Below, piece by piece: positions 1 through 13,032 of a stretch of 64,000 nt of DNA. The notes beneath the pieces are model-generated. The model made no database searches, was not told where the DNA came from, and saw only the letters and a program-made list of their open reading frames with translations. Origin of the DNA: Tubulanus polymorphus (lineage: Eukaryota > Animalia > Nemertea); NCBI RefSeq assembly GCF_964204645.1, contig NC_134030.1, positions 20,482,210-20,546,209 on the forward strand, read 5' to 3'. The position numbers and the translations under genes are program-made. Each line of letters starts with the position of its first letter. Within the stretch, counting starts at the first letter, position 1.

Positions 1-430
1 TTTCGTAACTGCATTTAATTGGACTGCTGTAGTTTTTTGCATAATGATTGTGGTGACTTTCAAACAATTGGTTTTTGTATGTGTTGTTGACCAGGGGGCT
101 TTATATGATCAAGCAGGAGACGAGTGTCGTTACTATAATCTGTAAACTGGAAAGATGCCAGACTAAGGATGAGAGATGAGCGACCTACGAACTATTGTTG
201 AATTGTTTGGTTTAGCTATTGCGCAATATTGCTCTAACTTGGAATCGTAAACAAGATGCGGGCCTAAATTATTTCAAAAACTACATTAGCGACGATATCA
301 AGATCTAGGTTTCACTTATTAAGAGTTAATTTGGCCATGTTGAATTATAACATGATATATCTGCATCGAAATATGATCTCAGTTCACTTTTCGGTGGAAT
401 ATTCTATCCCGAATGAATTACCCATTTCAG

Positions 431-845
431 ATGCAATCGACCGTCCGGTGAAGGTCATGTGGATACTCCAACACCACAGCAACAGGTTGATGATACAACA
501 TGCGAGATGTTAAGTATCTACGAAGAGCTTGATGATGACAGTGATTCCGATAATGTTTCAAATCCAGTCAGAAATATTAAAACTGGATTATTACATAACA
601 TACCAATTCACAAGGACATCGAAGCCGGGGCAGATACAACTGCATATATGGATATGGAAGCCGCGAAGGGCATAAATACAACTCCTTATATGGATATGGA
701 AGCCGCGAAGGGCATAGATACAACTCCTTACATGGATATGGAAGCCGTGAAGGGCATAGATACAACTCCTTACATGAATATGGAAGCCGCGAAGGGTATA
801 GATACAACTCCTTACATTGATATGGAAGCCGAGAAGAAAGAATAA
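431..845 (+). CDS. Gene A1 terminal exon: cytoplasmic tail with 5 YxxM motifs (YMDM x3, YMNM, YIDM) and SIYEEL; upstream exons lie outside the window
   Basis: Acceptor atttcag|A at 430/431, phase 2. The frame is open to TAA at 845. It contains a 42-bp/14-aa tandem repeat and is paralogous to 34828-35431. Confidence 0.85.
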
Positions 846-869
846 CTGTAAGAGTAAAACAAGAATCAA

Positions 870-1110
870 AAAACAGAATCATAACCAAATTATACTGCCC
901 ACTCTCCTCCTCTATTCAAAAAGTTAAACATTCTCAAAATAAACATTCTCAAAATAGACATTCTCATATAAAAACCACCCTATTCATCCATCAAATTCTA
1001 CTATCATTACCACATTATGTTTAAAAACATGTTCGCCATTGAAAACCACTATCGAAACATACAAAAACATTCTCAACATGATCACACACATTGTCTACCT
1101 GTAAACCATT
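870..1110 (+). mobile_element. Degenerate LINE (CR1/L2-like) 3' remnant, shared with 35450-35920
   Basis: Near-identical to 35690-35920. The longer copy translates to KNISPITGIINKTKNILDYQQLLTLYY, which resembles the C-terminal region of CR1/L2 ORF2. Confidence 0.5.
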
Positions 1111-1400
1111 ATTACGTTATGCTTTTCTTTGAAATAAATTGAAATTGAAATTGAAAGATGCTACTATATACATGAATACGGAATCAAGGAATTGCAATGA
1201 ATGATGCATTCATGGCGGAAGCGGAGAAGGCGGTGAGTTCATAGAAAGATGATATTGAACTTTAAATCTTGCGATCTTGTGGAAATTTGATTTGCTATAA
1301 GAATATATAATCAAAGTATTTCATTATTCATAACATGTGATTGATTTATCTAAAATGCATTTTTGTCATAAGGAAATGTGTTTTAAACCAAGAAAATAAT

Positions 1401-1451
1401 TACCACCATAGTGCCTCAACACCGCTGTGGTGTTGAGGCACTATGGTGGTA
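1401..1451. repeat. Short near-perfect palindrome
   Basis: taccaccatagtgcctcaacacc...ggtgttgaggcactatggtggta. Confidence 0.8.
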
Positions 1452-2437
1452 TTCCCGTTATTCAACACACTAGGGTGGAATTTTTTAAATTTTCCAATAG
1501 AAATTCAAGTAAAATTGAAAGTAGTTACATTTTAGGCCCACCTGATTCTACACGAAGAGACCCATTCTCGGAAAATGTACCGTATTGCATACAAAAAACC
1601 TCAACGATAAGCCTAGTAAATGGACTAGTTATGTCCAATCGATTTTTGAAAACTGCGGTTTAGGTTACATCCGGTATGAACAAAAATGTTCCCAACGTTA
1701 ATTATTTAATGGAATCAATGAAACTTAGATTGCAAGATCAATTTAGACAAGATTGGCGTCAAAACTTAGAGAAATCGTCAAAGCTAGATATTTATAACTG
1801 TAAAACCAGAATGGGGTATGGAAACATGCTTACTCTCACTTACTCCTAATCTGAGAATGACAGGGATAAAATTCCGATGCTCGAACCATGCAACGGTGAA
1901 TCGGTAACTTTTCGGGTTTTGAGTTTTCATTTTGTGTTCTCAGAGGTTTGAGAAAGCTGTCAACGTTTCATGTACTAGTTTTATAATTTTGAAATCACGT
2001 GAAGATATTGCAACATGGTTGATGGGGAAATATTAAATTACTGGCATACTCAGTGAGTATTTCATACTATTTGCAGTGTTGATTTTAGTAGATTATGGTA
2101 TAATAACATAAGAGAATATTCCGTAGTATAAGAGTATAACATAAATCAGTGAGGTAATTCCATTAAATTAAGGCGAAATATTATGATGCAAGATAAAGGT
2201 CAACTTTTTGTATTGCGCAATCTAGCAATAGCTCAGATATTATAAGTTTGTATTATCTGTTTACAGATTTGAATCGTCTAAAATCCGTTGAATAAAGAAA
2301 CATCAATATGATATCCGGAGTTTGTTATTTGTCGGACGTATTCAAAAGCCACCACTTGAAACCCCATCGAGCCAGTCGGTGCATCGGCCGTATACCGCAA
2401 ACTGCTTACAATGTACAACAGCAGTTCTTTGACTTAT

Positions 2438-2541
2438 TTACAGTCCATAAAAAAACATCCCACATAGTATCATTACAAAGATTCGCCGAAATGCACCACC
2501 AGCAACATTTCCTCTATTACCAATCGTCTTAGCCGTCTTTT
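2438..2541 (-). CDS. Gene B1 terminal exon: GPI-signal-like C-terminus EKTAKTIGNRGNVAGGAFRRIFVMILCGMFFYGL*
   Basis: Minus-strand acceptor ttttaag|, phase 1, in frame with the 3200-3427 exon. It shares NVAGGAF with the B2 terminal exon. Not present in the ORF track. Confidence 0.7.
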
Positions 2542-3199
2542 CTTAAAAGATAGAAAAGCTTAAATAAATAACATGACTGTGAAAATAATGATAAAAATAT
2601 TTTAACAGTCTATAGAACTGAAACCACTAACGATTTCCAAAACATCTCATCATTTTGTTAATATTGAAGTGTTTGTATTTTGTAATTTTGTTTATCAACA
2701 CGGATCTGTTCAATTCCATACGTCTGTCTGGCCTAAAAGATGTGCCGTAAATCTCGCCTTACGCAGACATAGCGGGACCGATGAAATTGGTTAAAGTATG
2801 ATTTGAGGATATGAAAATACATAAGGAAGTCAGAAAACGATATCGTTTTTGTCCGAGTTACGATGTCAAAAGTCCGAGTTGGCGAACTCAGATCAACTCT
2901 TACTGTTATTTACTGTCTGTTTACATTTTGGATACACGGGATCATATCACACCTGTCGATCAGTTCTTGAACACACCTATCGACAGATTTATCGTAAATC
3001 GAATGATTATTGATTTTGTTGGATATAGCGCGTATATTCGGTGCGAATGGGAAAAACCATTTCCAGTATGAATAAAACTAACCAGTTGGTATCTAAATAT
3101 TCAAAAACGTTTTTGAAAATGGCTCATAGAATTGAGTTGAAACGTTAAGCTACCAGATAGTTTTTCTTTTATTGTGGGTTTTTATCTACTAAAACTAAC

Positions 3200-3427
3200 C
3201 TGGTTCATCATTTCGACCGAGATCACGACGACGAATGTCAATGAAGCGTTTACCATTTAGCAGACACCTCCCTCTATAATCATTTGTGATACTGTTCACA
3301 ATCGGTACCGAAACAATCCATTTGTCGTTTGATTGTTTCTGAACATCGGCTGGCGGGTCACATGTTAGTTTTTCCGTCTCTGCATTTCTAGTTATGGATA
3401 CATTATAGTACCGAGCTGTTGCAAGGT
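3200..3427 (-). CDS. Gene B1 exon: short Ig-like domain D
   Basis: 228 nt, phase 1-1, gag acceptor and gttagt donor. LTCDPPA...W..SVPIVNS.TNDYRGRC is homologous to 37630-37857 and 16524-16790. Confidence 0.8.
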
Positions 3428-3935
3428 CTCGAATGAAAAAAAAAATAAAAAACCAAGAATTAATCTTATTGTCTTTCGTCGCAGGTACGATATTCAAGAA
3501 TCGGTATTTTCGTAAGACACTGCAATTAGATAAGAACCATACAGGTGCAGGTTTAGAACTTTTCATTTGCAGATTGGAGTTTACAGCACCAAGGGGAAAA
3601 TAGAAAATTCAGTTAACCCCGCGATTAAACTGAAGCAAATAAAAAGGCATAAAAATCAAAACCGTTATTGGCGTGAAATAACCGTCTCGCTGGGAGTTTG
3701 CCAAAAATTAGATTGATTTATCTCAAGTGAATTTGCTATAATTCACTTACCTTTTTATTATGAAATGCCGTGATTTGGGATCGCGGCTCAAAGAACCACC
3801 CCTTGTATTGAATCGTCTCCAGAACAGCCTCAAACCTGGTCCACTATAGGATTTCGAAACACAAACATCAGGTGCGGAAGCAGGCGAGAACACAGGTTTG
3901 CACAAACCGTTTCTGTTCGTAGGGAAATCGTCTTG

Positions 3936-4038
3936 TTAAGGTGTTTGGGTCGGCTGGACCGTTAGAGGCTGGGCAACACAGCCAGTTTCACGAGGGTGTA
4001 GCAATATGTACACATTAGTATGTAGTTTAAATATCCAC
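3936..4038. repeat. ~100-bp inverted repeat pairing with 8454-8556, probably the terminal repeat of the second Penelope-like element
   Basis: ttaaggtgtttgggtcggctggacc...tatccaca is the reverse complement of 8454-8556. A partial second copy lies at ~4075-4127. Confidence 0.75.
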
Positions 4039-5299
4039 AGTCGAAATAAAACTGAATAAGTTGTATTTAGGTCCGTCAGACCGTTAGAGGCTGGGTGACG
4101 CAGCCAGTTCACGAGGGTGTAGCAATGTAACAATTATATCATTCACAGTAAAAATAACAAGAAAATTAATTTTAGAAAATTATTTGACGCCTGCGAAAAA
4201 AAATGTATAATTTCTGGGCTAAGCTAATGTGGAATTGCAAATTTGAAATCGAAGTTTTAAGAAATTTGGGGAATGATGAGATTTGGCGATTGGGTAGATG
4301 ATACAGCGGGTCTTCGACTCTAGTAGTGGTTTAAATTTTTTTATTGAAAATTCTCAATAATTGATCGCGAACTTGCGACCGACTTCATTTACTTATGCCT
4401 CTAAGCTGGTCTGCAACTTCATTGCCTCCATGGTTGAAGAACGAGCTCTTCTGATGTCTGCTTCATCATGACTTCGAGCATATCGTGTGGCCTAGCCAGC
4501 CGGCCCGGTCCCCGGGCCCGGGCCACGGGTTTGGCTGTCACTCGATATCCTAGAGTCTTGAGTCTGGGTGGGTTGAAGTAGACATTGTCATTTAAAATAA
4601 CATGCTTATGTTTTTCTGTATGAATTACCCGTGTGTCATGTATGTTGTATTAATTTATTTTAAAATTTGTATTTATTGAATTTGGGAATTTTATCCCGAA
4701 ATTTCAATGTAATAAGGATCAATAAAGAATTGAATTGAATTGTCACCTAATACACATGCCATCAGAGGACGCGGAGCCGTATATGATAGCTATGCTATTA
4801 TAGATTGCTAATCTCACGAAACCTGCATACTCCTAATATCAAACATATTTTCTAAAACGTTTGAATATTGAAATTATATGTTTACACATTTTCATATTTA
4901 CCGCTTGTAGCCGTTGATGAAATTCACGCCGGCCCTACACACATCGTAGATAGCTTCGTCATTCCACCGGCATGCCCACGTCAGGGTCTGACTTTTATAT
5001 CAGACTTCCAAATCGTGTATACATCCGCCATTTAACCGAATAATCCGATTTACTTATCATTTCTATTTATGCCTGCCGCTTCTGATATAATCATACATCC
5101 TTTACTATTACAATACGTCTTCTAATGATATTCAATGCAATATAACATTTCGACGTTCAAATATAGGTCATTATATAATCACAGGAAGCCATTCTACATC
5201 TATGTCAATAATATTTTGCCAGATAGCTTGTATGTGTACACATAAACCTGTGACGAGACGAGAAGATACACAATATCCGTGTAAGAAGATAACAAGAGA

Positions 5300-6716
5300 A
5301 ATCCCACAATAAGTTCAGCCAAAACGAGAAACTTGAATAGAAGAGTTATATATATTTGCGCAACGTTTCGGCTAAAGACTATTAGCCATCATCAGGCGTA
5401 CTGAGTACAGGAGAATATTACAAGATATTTATACAAGACCAAAACAATAGAAGCAGAGTGAGTGATTAAAATATTGAAAGGGGAATAGATTAAAGTAATG
5501 ACATAACAACTAGAAAACAATGCTAAAGTAAGCAAGGCAAACTAGGGGCAATGTAGATAAAAGTAATTAATAAACAAAGACACAAGCTAAAGTGATTAAA
5601 ACGGGAGGACAAGCTAAGGGGTAATCAAATAAAACAAAGAGAAGGAACATGAAAGGCGATAATCAGTGAGTGAGTGGAAACAAGCAAACTATGATAAAGG
5701 CAAAACAATGGAGGGAATTAGTATAACGGGGGTACAAGAGAAGCGAGAAATTTGGAGATCAAAATGTTGTGGGGGGAGAAACCGTTATTCAAATTAACAC
5801 AATTTTCCAAGTTTTCAATAATCAGGGCCGATTCCATAATGTGTCGTTTAATCTTTTCTGAACAGGGGAAAATTATGGAGGCATTTTCAAAATCAAAATT
5901 GTGGCTGGTTTCGTATACGTGATTGGCAACACCGCTTTCAGGCTTAAAATTCTTTACATCATTCTTATGTTCACGAATGCGCTTGTGTAAATCGCGTCCG
6001 GTTTCGCCGATATATATTTTGTTACAAACTTTACAGGGAATTTTATATACACCAATGTTCAGGGGTTCAATTTTGGGGGAGTTATGAGTAAGATTACGAC
6101 TAAGTTTGTTGTTATAAGTAAAAATGAGTTGTTTGTTTAAGAGATGGAGGGGAGTTTTAGATTTTTCCAGAAAAGGAACAAAAGGTACAATAATAGGCTG
6201 TTTACGCGCGCGGGTCCCTTGAGAGTGACTGAAATGTGAACGACGGGCTCTCAAGAGAGCTTTATTCAAAATGTCGTCGGGGTAAGCTAATTTATTAAGA
6301 GAGGTCTTGATCTGGGTTAGTTCATCATCCAAGAAAAGGGGGTCACAAATCCTTAATGCGCGAAGGAATAAGCTTTGGGCAACACTAAGTTTAATGTTAT
6401 GAGCGGTGAAGGAGAAATAATGTAGGTATACTCTCCCTAAACTTTGGTTACGATACGTTGATGATATTCTTGCCCTTATACCTTTTGACTTTGATATTGA
6501 TCAATTTCTCACATTTATTAACTCTTTTTATCCCTCCTTGAACTTCACATTTGAATTGGAAGTTAATGGGAAAATCCCTTTCCTTGATGTTTGTATACAC
6601 AATTGTTTGTCTTGTCTAAAATTCTCGGTTTATAGGAAACCTACCCACTCTGGAACATACCTACATTATTTCTCCTTCACCGCTCATAACATTAAACTTA
6701 GTGTTGCCCAAAGCTT
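5300..6716 (-). mobile_element. Penelope-like retroelement (GIY-YIG endonuclease ORF 5718-6332) with an inverted RT fragment at 6430-6716
   Basis: GVYKIPCKVCNKIYIGETGRDLHKRIREH matches the Penelope GIY-YIG signature. The + strand fragment reads WLRYVDD...FTFELEVNGKIPFLDV...VYRKPTH. 6370-6429 is an inverted copy of 6657-6716. Confidence 0.9.
5361..5396 (-). ncRNA. Hammerhead ribozyme core in the Penelope terminal repeat
   Basis: Minus strand reads CTGATGA-t-ggctaa(tagtct)ttagcc-GAAAC, i.e. the conserved CUGANGA/GAAA core with a perfect stem II. Confidence 0.75.
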
Positions 6717-6719
6717 GGA

Positions 6720-8556
<1,837 letters not shown>

Positions 8557-9992
8557 AGGGTAACTGACACTTTTTAAAAGATTTTCTACTTTTTACACTA
8601 AACGATATATTATAGTATACAATAAGGCTAGGTGATTTCATAATTGGACAAATCTTTTCAATCTAGTCAGAATTGATGATTTTGATGTTCGCGCACCTGT
8701 TCAGTGTATACATTGCTTCTGCTGAACGCGTGGTACTGTGTCTATTAATAGAACTACGTCACTAAAGTAACGGCTCGGAAATGATGTCTATAGAAATGAA
8801 TAGGAAATAAGCTACAAGAGCAATTCAACTTAATTTTATACCTTTTTGGCATTCGAATTGAGACAAAATGCCTCTTGATTTTGAAAGTCTACATATTAAT
8901 GATTATACTTAACTGTTGAATGGACCATATCCGTTCCAACTAAGCGCAAAAATAGGATTTGAATAGCAATCCATGGCATTTTCTAGTAGACAGCAGGGAA
9001 CACGGATGTTTAAATCATCGTTTTGTAATATCATTTAGTGATAGTAAGTAAGTTCATGGTTAGATCTAAGAATATTTTGACTAATGAACTGATGATGAAA
9101 CTTAGACAGAATTAGCCGCAAGAATAATTTCAATTCTTTTCTTGAAATATACCTCGTATTGGTAGCGGCTTTGGTCACAAAATAAGAATATTTCCTCATC
9201 CATCCTATTTTAAAACTTAGAAATAACATTTGTGAAAGATTTGTGATGTAATCTATCAAAACTCTTCTGCAGCGTGAAACTTTAATCGAAAACATTATTC
9301 CTTTGAATATTTGTTGTAAAGCTGTAGAAATTTATGAAAGTTTTTGTAGAGTTTTGAAGTGTTAGTTTTAAAACTAGGCCTACTTAGTCTTAAATGACTT
9401 TGAAAAATAGTAAACGAATATGAATCTATTTATTCTTTAGCGAGATCGAAATGTGTGATTACATAAGACACTGTAGTATGCTTGTGGTGCTGAACTATAG
9501 GTGAACTATGGAGCAGCAGTAACAGTGCTGAGAGCTTAGCATAGTGTACTTTAAAATAGCTTCATAGCAGCGGATTGAAATCTGCATCTTCAATTTGATC
9601 GATTTAGCCTATTCAAATTACTCATTGATTCTTTGAAATAGGTTTATGCAATAGACAATAGATCCTTTTAACTCCCTGGCCAGTTTCAAAGCTGTAAAAC
9701 AATCTGGCATTGAGATATAACAGAAAATACACGCAGTTTCCTCAAAATTCAACACATTTCTATAGACGCTATTTCTCAGCTCTGCCTGTAATGACGTTGC
9801 AGCGCGCACCTGCTGATTTAGCCGACGCTGAACAGTAAGCGATGTAAACAACGAAATGAGGTCAAAAATCTTGTTACAAAATCACAAATTGCGCGTTAAC
9901 TAAACATTTTGGAACAGAACGGTTGAAGATGAGTGTATAGATCAATAGAATACATCATATTTTGAAATAAAAAAAAAAGTGTCAGTTACCCT
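8557..9992. mobile_element. Non-autonomous DNA transposon with TTAA target site, Kolobok-like
   Basis: TTAA|AGGGTAACTGACACTTTTTT ... AAAAAAGTGTCAGTTACCCT|TTAA. Purine-purine termini with a TTAA TSD; no transposase ORF. Confidence 0.8.
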
Positions 9993-10315
9993 TTAACATG
10001 TTCATACCGGTTTACAAGCCGGTTTGCATAAACCGGCGTCTTTGTTCAGGCGTAAATCTAAACGGTTCGTAAACCGACTAAAGGCGCTTTGTGAGCGGTT
10101 TGCAACATCGAACCGACTTTTCAACGATGGCCAAATGGGAAATTTCCGCGGTCAGCTGACTCAAACCTACTTTTCGTTCCGTCGCATTTGTTCACTCTAC
10201 GGCCAACCGGTTTATGACGCAATAAACCGATATAAACCGGTTTGTACAAACCGATTTCAAACTAATGCGCTTCTGCTTTATGGTTAGATAACTTAGGTAA
10301 GCGCGGTAATGAATG

Positions 10316-10665
10316 TATCCGTTTCCCCAGTGACATCAACTCCCCCTATGCATACTCGTCCACTAAAGAGTATTGGGAGGAAATGACTTTTTTGCGGACG
10401 AATGTACATGGAGGCAAGAAAGATAGAGATAGGGAGGGTGGGAGGGAGCAAAAAACGGATCGTAAGTCAACACCAGAGGGGAAAGTGAGGGTCCATCCAG
10501 CCACAATACGGACTCATCGTCCACCGAGCCTTCAGGCAAACTGTGCAGTGTCAGATTATTACACTAGTGTCGCTGATGTCACTGAGGAACTATCCGTTTC
10601 CCCAGTGACATCAACTCCCCCTATGTATACTCGTCCACTATAGAGTATTGGGAGGAAATGACTTT
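10316..10665. repeat. ~75-bp direct repeat pair (10316-10391 and 10591-10665)
   Basis: tatccgtttccccagtgacatcaactccccc...gtattgggaggaaatgacttt occurs twice. Confidence 0.8.
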
Positions 10666-11222
10666 AGATTGAATATGTAGGGGGACCCAGATGATCAGAT
10701 CAGGCAACTATCTATATTTTTTTCCCTTTCTCATTCCTCTCTCCTTCTCCCAAAACTCATCAACAAAAAGAGAGAGGGATGGGAAGACGTCTAGATATTT
10801 CCAAACAAGCTTATAGGCTTAACAGCAAACCTCTCTTCCCTAAACTTACAAAGTCATGAGAGAACGGGACTTGTGTATGTAAGCGATAGATATACAAGCA
10901 CAGGTCTAAACAATCAGGCAGTTGCTTGCTTCTATTGTAGACTACCACAGTGCATGTTCAACCTGGGGCAAAAACCCACCCGGTAGCCAAGAATAATTAA
11001 ATATGCAATAAAGATAAATGCAGAAAATTGCGTCAATTGCTACAAAATATAACCAGGGTTGGGAAGCCCCAGGCCGAACTCGCGTGAACAAAGTCCACTA
11101 GGATATAAGTCACCCGGAGAACGACGAGTAAATTCCCAAACGCCCTATGTCAGATAAGTTCTAAGCGCGATAGAGTAAGTTATTTGTAAAGGGTCAAGGC
11201 AAAGAATTTCCAGTTTACTTAC

Positions 11223-11571
11223 TATGAACTTCAATCATATCAAACTCAACAGGTTTCGGATTTGTAGGATTTTCCTTTACAAGACATCTAAATGATGATC
11301 CATTGTGAAGTTTGGAATCTGCCTTGAATTTTAGCTGTGCGTAAACAAGTGCGTTCTGTTTGATATATCTGTGAAGTCGTATATCTCCAAAAACTGGTCC
11401 CCACGATTCAGAACCGCGTCTCTTCTGTTGAAAAATCAGCGTAGTCGTCGATTTTCCAACCCCTGTTCTGCATAGGTATTGTGTATCGACCCCCTCGAAT
11501 CTTATGTCCGGCCGTCCAATGGGACCCCGATAATTATCGATATAATAAGGTAATTCTGAAACATATTGTAA

Positions 11572-11620
<49 letters not shown>

Positions 11621-11793
11621 TGTCTGTCTGTCTGTGTCTGTGTGTGTGTCTGTGTGTGTCTGTGGCTGTGTGTGTGTGTCTGTGTGTGTGTGTGCGCGTG
11701 TGCGCGTGTGCGCGTGTGCGCGTGTGCCTTTGCCAGCGTGATATCCAGACAGAGTATCACAGGGATTATCGATAACAACCTCATTATTACCAT
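11223..11793 (-). CDS. Gene B1 5' part: signal peptide (ATG 11793), in-frame (CA)n-encoded His/Thr linker, Ig-like V domain (11223-11555)
   Basis: MVIMRLLSIIPVILCLDITLAK is followed by an uninterrupted frame into ELPYYIDNYRG...YLC...W...FRC...EVH|gtaagt. The V segment is 333 nt, as in B2. Confidence 0.8.
11577..11727. repeat. (TG)n/(TGTC)n/(CGTG)n compound microsatellite
   Basis: Directly visible in the sequence. Confidence 0.95.
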
Positions 11794-12133
11794 GTCCCCC
11801 ATTAGACATAACAGATTTAGGAAATCGCAGGTAATAATAACAGAAGACACCAGTCGTATGAATTCGAATCTCGTTATATAAGCATAGGCCTCACCATATG
11901 ATAGTCATCGGGTAAATGTTTATCTTCAAACGTTTTAATGCAATCAATTAGTTCAAATTTCTCGATTGAACCGGACAGACAGGCAAGTTAAAAATTTATC
12001 TAATAACAAACAACTAAACATTAAGATAGATAGATATACAACTCGTCATCGCGCATGTCAGAAGCTAGTCAGTCGCGCTGGCTGTCACGGCCTGGTCGTG
12101 TAGTGTACTAAAACGATAGAATGCAAGGATAGA
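11794..12133. promoter_or_regulatory. Putative bidirectional promoter / 5' UTR region between B1 and C1
   Basis: The divergent ATGs at 11793 (-) and 12134 (+) are only 340 bp apart. The B-proximal part is conserved at 39470-39730. Confidence 0.55.
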
Positions 12134-12221
12134 ATGGCCTTCAACCATTTCGTATATACCTGGACAGTCTTACTGCTGGTGATTCACGACACACGAGCGT
12201 CTCAAAAAAGTATTATTTCAG
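12134..12221 (+). CDS. Gene C1 exon 1: signal peptide MAFNHFVYTWTVLLLVIHDTRASQKSIIS
   Basis: ATG, hydrophobic core, phase-1 donor G|gtaggt. The paralog at 45818-45905 has the same length and keeps the frame. Not present in the ORF track. Confidence 0.8.
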
Positions 12222-12289
12222 GTAGGTCACTACTGTCATATCTATTGAAAGAATACATCGTTCTCCCAATTTCGCAGTGATTCGAACGC

Positions 12290-12560
12290 TGCATGTTTCT
12301 CCATCGCAGTGATTCAAACCTGATGACATCATGAGGCTCTGCCACGTTCCTCCCTCGGCCGGGTTTCGAACTTGATGACATCGTGAGACTCTGCCACGTT
12401 CCTCCCTCGGCCGGGATTCGAACTTGATGACATCGCGAGACTCTGCCACGTTCTTCCCTCGCACGGATTCGAACCTGATGCCAATGTGAGATTCAGCCAC
12501 GTTCCTCCTACCTGATGACGTCGTAAGACTCTGCCACGTGCCCCTCAAAAGGTTTTGAAC
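12290..12560. repeat. ~50-bp minisatellite in C1 intron 1 (about 5 degenerate units)
   Basis: Unit gatgacatcgtgagactctgccacgttcctccctcg..gggattcgaacct. Homologous arrays lie at ~15015-15125 and 45975-46858. Confidence 0.85.
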
Positions 12561-12738
12561 CGGTTGCTCTGTGCATATCTTCGATGGATTTACTTGACAA
12601 TGAAGGGAATAAATATCGAGTCATTCAATAGGCTCCACAAGTAATACAGACTGTACACAGGTCTTACAAGTAGGGCCTATAAATATGTCTAATACTGATC
12701 GCTTATAGATGAATTCTTAACTTACTTTTATATTTCAG

Positions 12739-13032
12739 CACCTTATGGAGTTGTACTGGAAAGCATGAATGTATTACTGGGTACACATTTATTATTGTCG
12801 CAGGAAGGTAAAACTGTTAATATTACTTGTAAACAAAGCAACGCTGCAGCGACTGGTGTACACTTCCAGCTTCACGAGAAAAATGCAGCAGGAGGACCCT
12901 GGACTCGAATACCTCTTACCTCATCTAAACCAGTGTGGACAATTTTACCCGATGCTGGAAAACAATATAGATGTGTGGCCAATAATTCAGCCGGAGCGAA
13001 AAGAAGTAAATTCTACAAATCGGATGTTATCA
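12739..13032 (+). CDS. Gene C1 exon 2: Ig domain P1
   Basis: 294 nt, phase 1-1. EGKTVNITC...W...DAGKQYRCVANNSAG is an I-set/C2-type Ig motif. Confidence 0.88.

Noticed and set aside
2710-2732. Alternative tiny terminal exon GQTDVWN* for B1
   Set aside because: The exon at 2438-2541 is supported by homology to B2, whereas this one has only a plausible acceptor.
10300-11160. Possible DIRS/tyrosine-recombinase retroelement remnant
   Set aside because: Only a direct repeat and a vague HD-like motif are visible, and I could not recover a convincing reading frame.
11160-12739. Hypothesis that the minus-strand SP+V cassette inverts somatically, or that V is spliced onto the P-Q-D-TM exons like a variable-to-constant join
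   Set aside because: Gene C has its own + strand signal-peptide exon (12134-12221 and 45818-45905), and I see no inverted repeats or RSS-like signals flanking the cassette.
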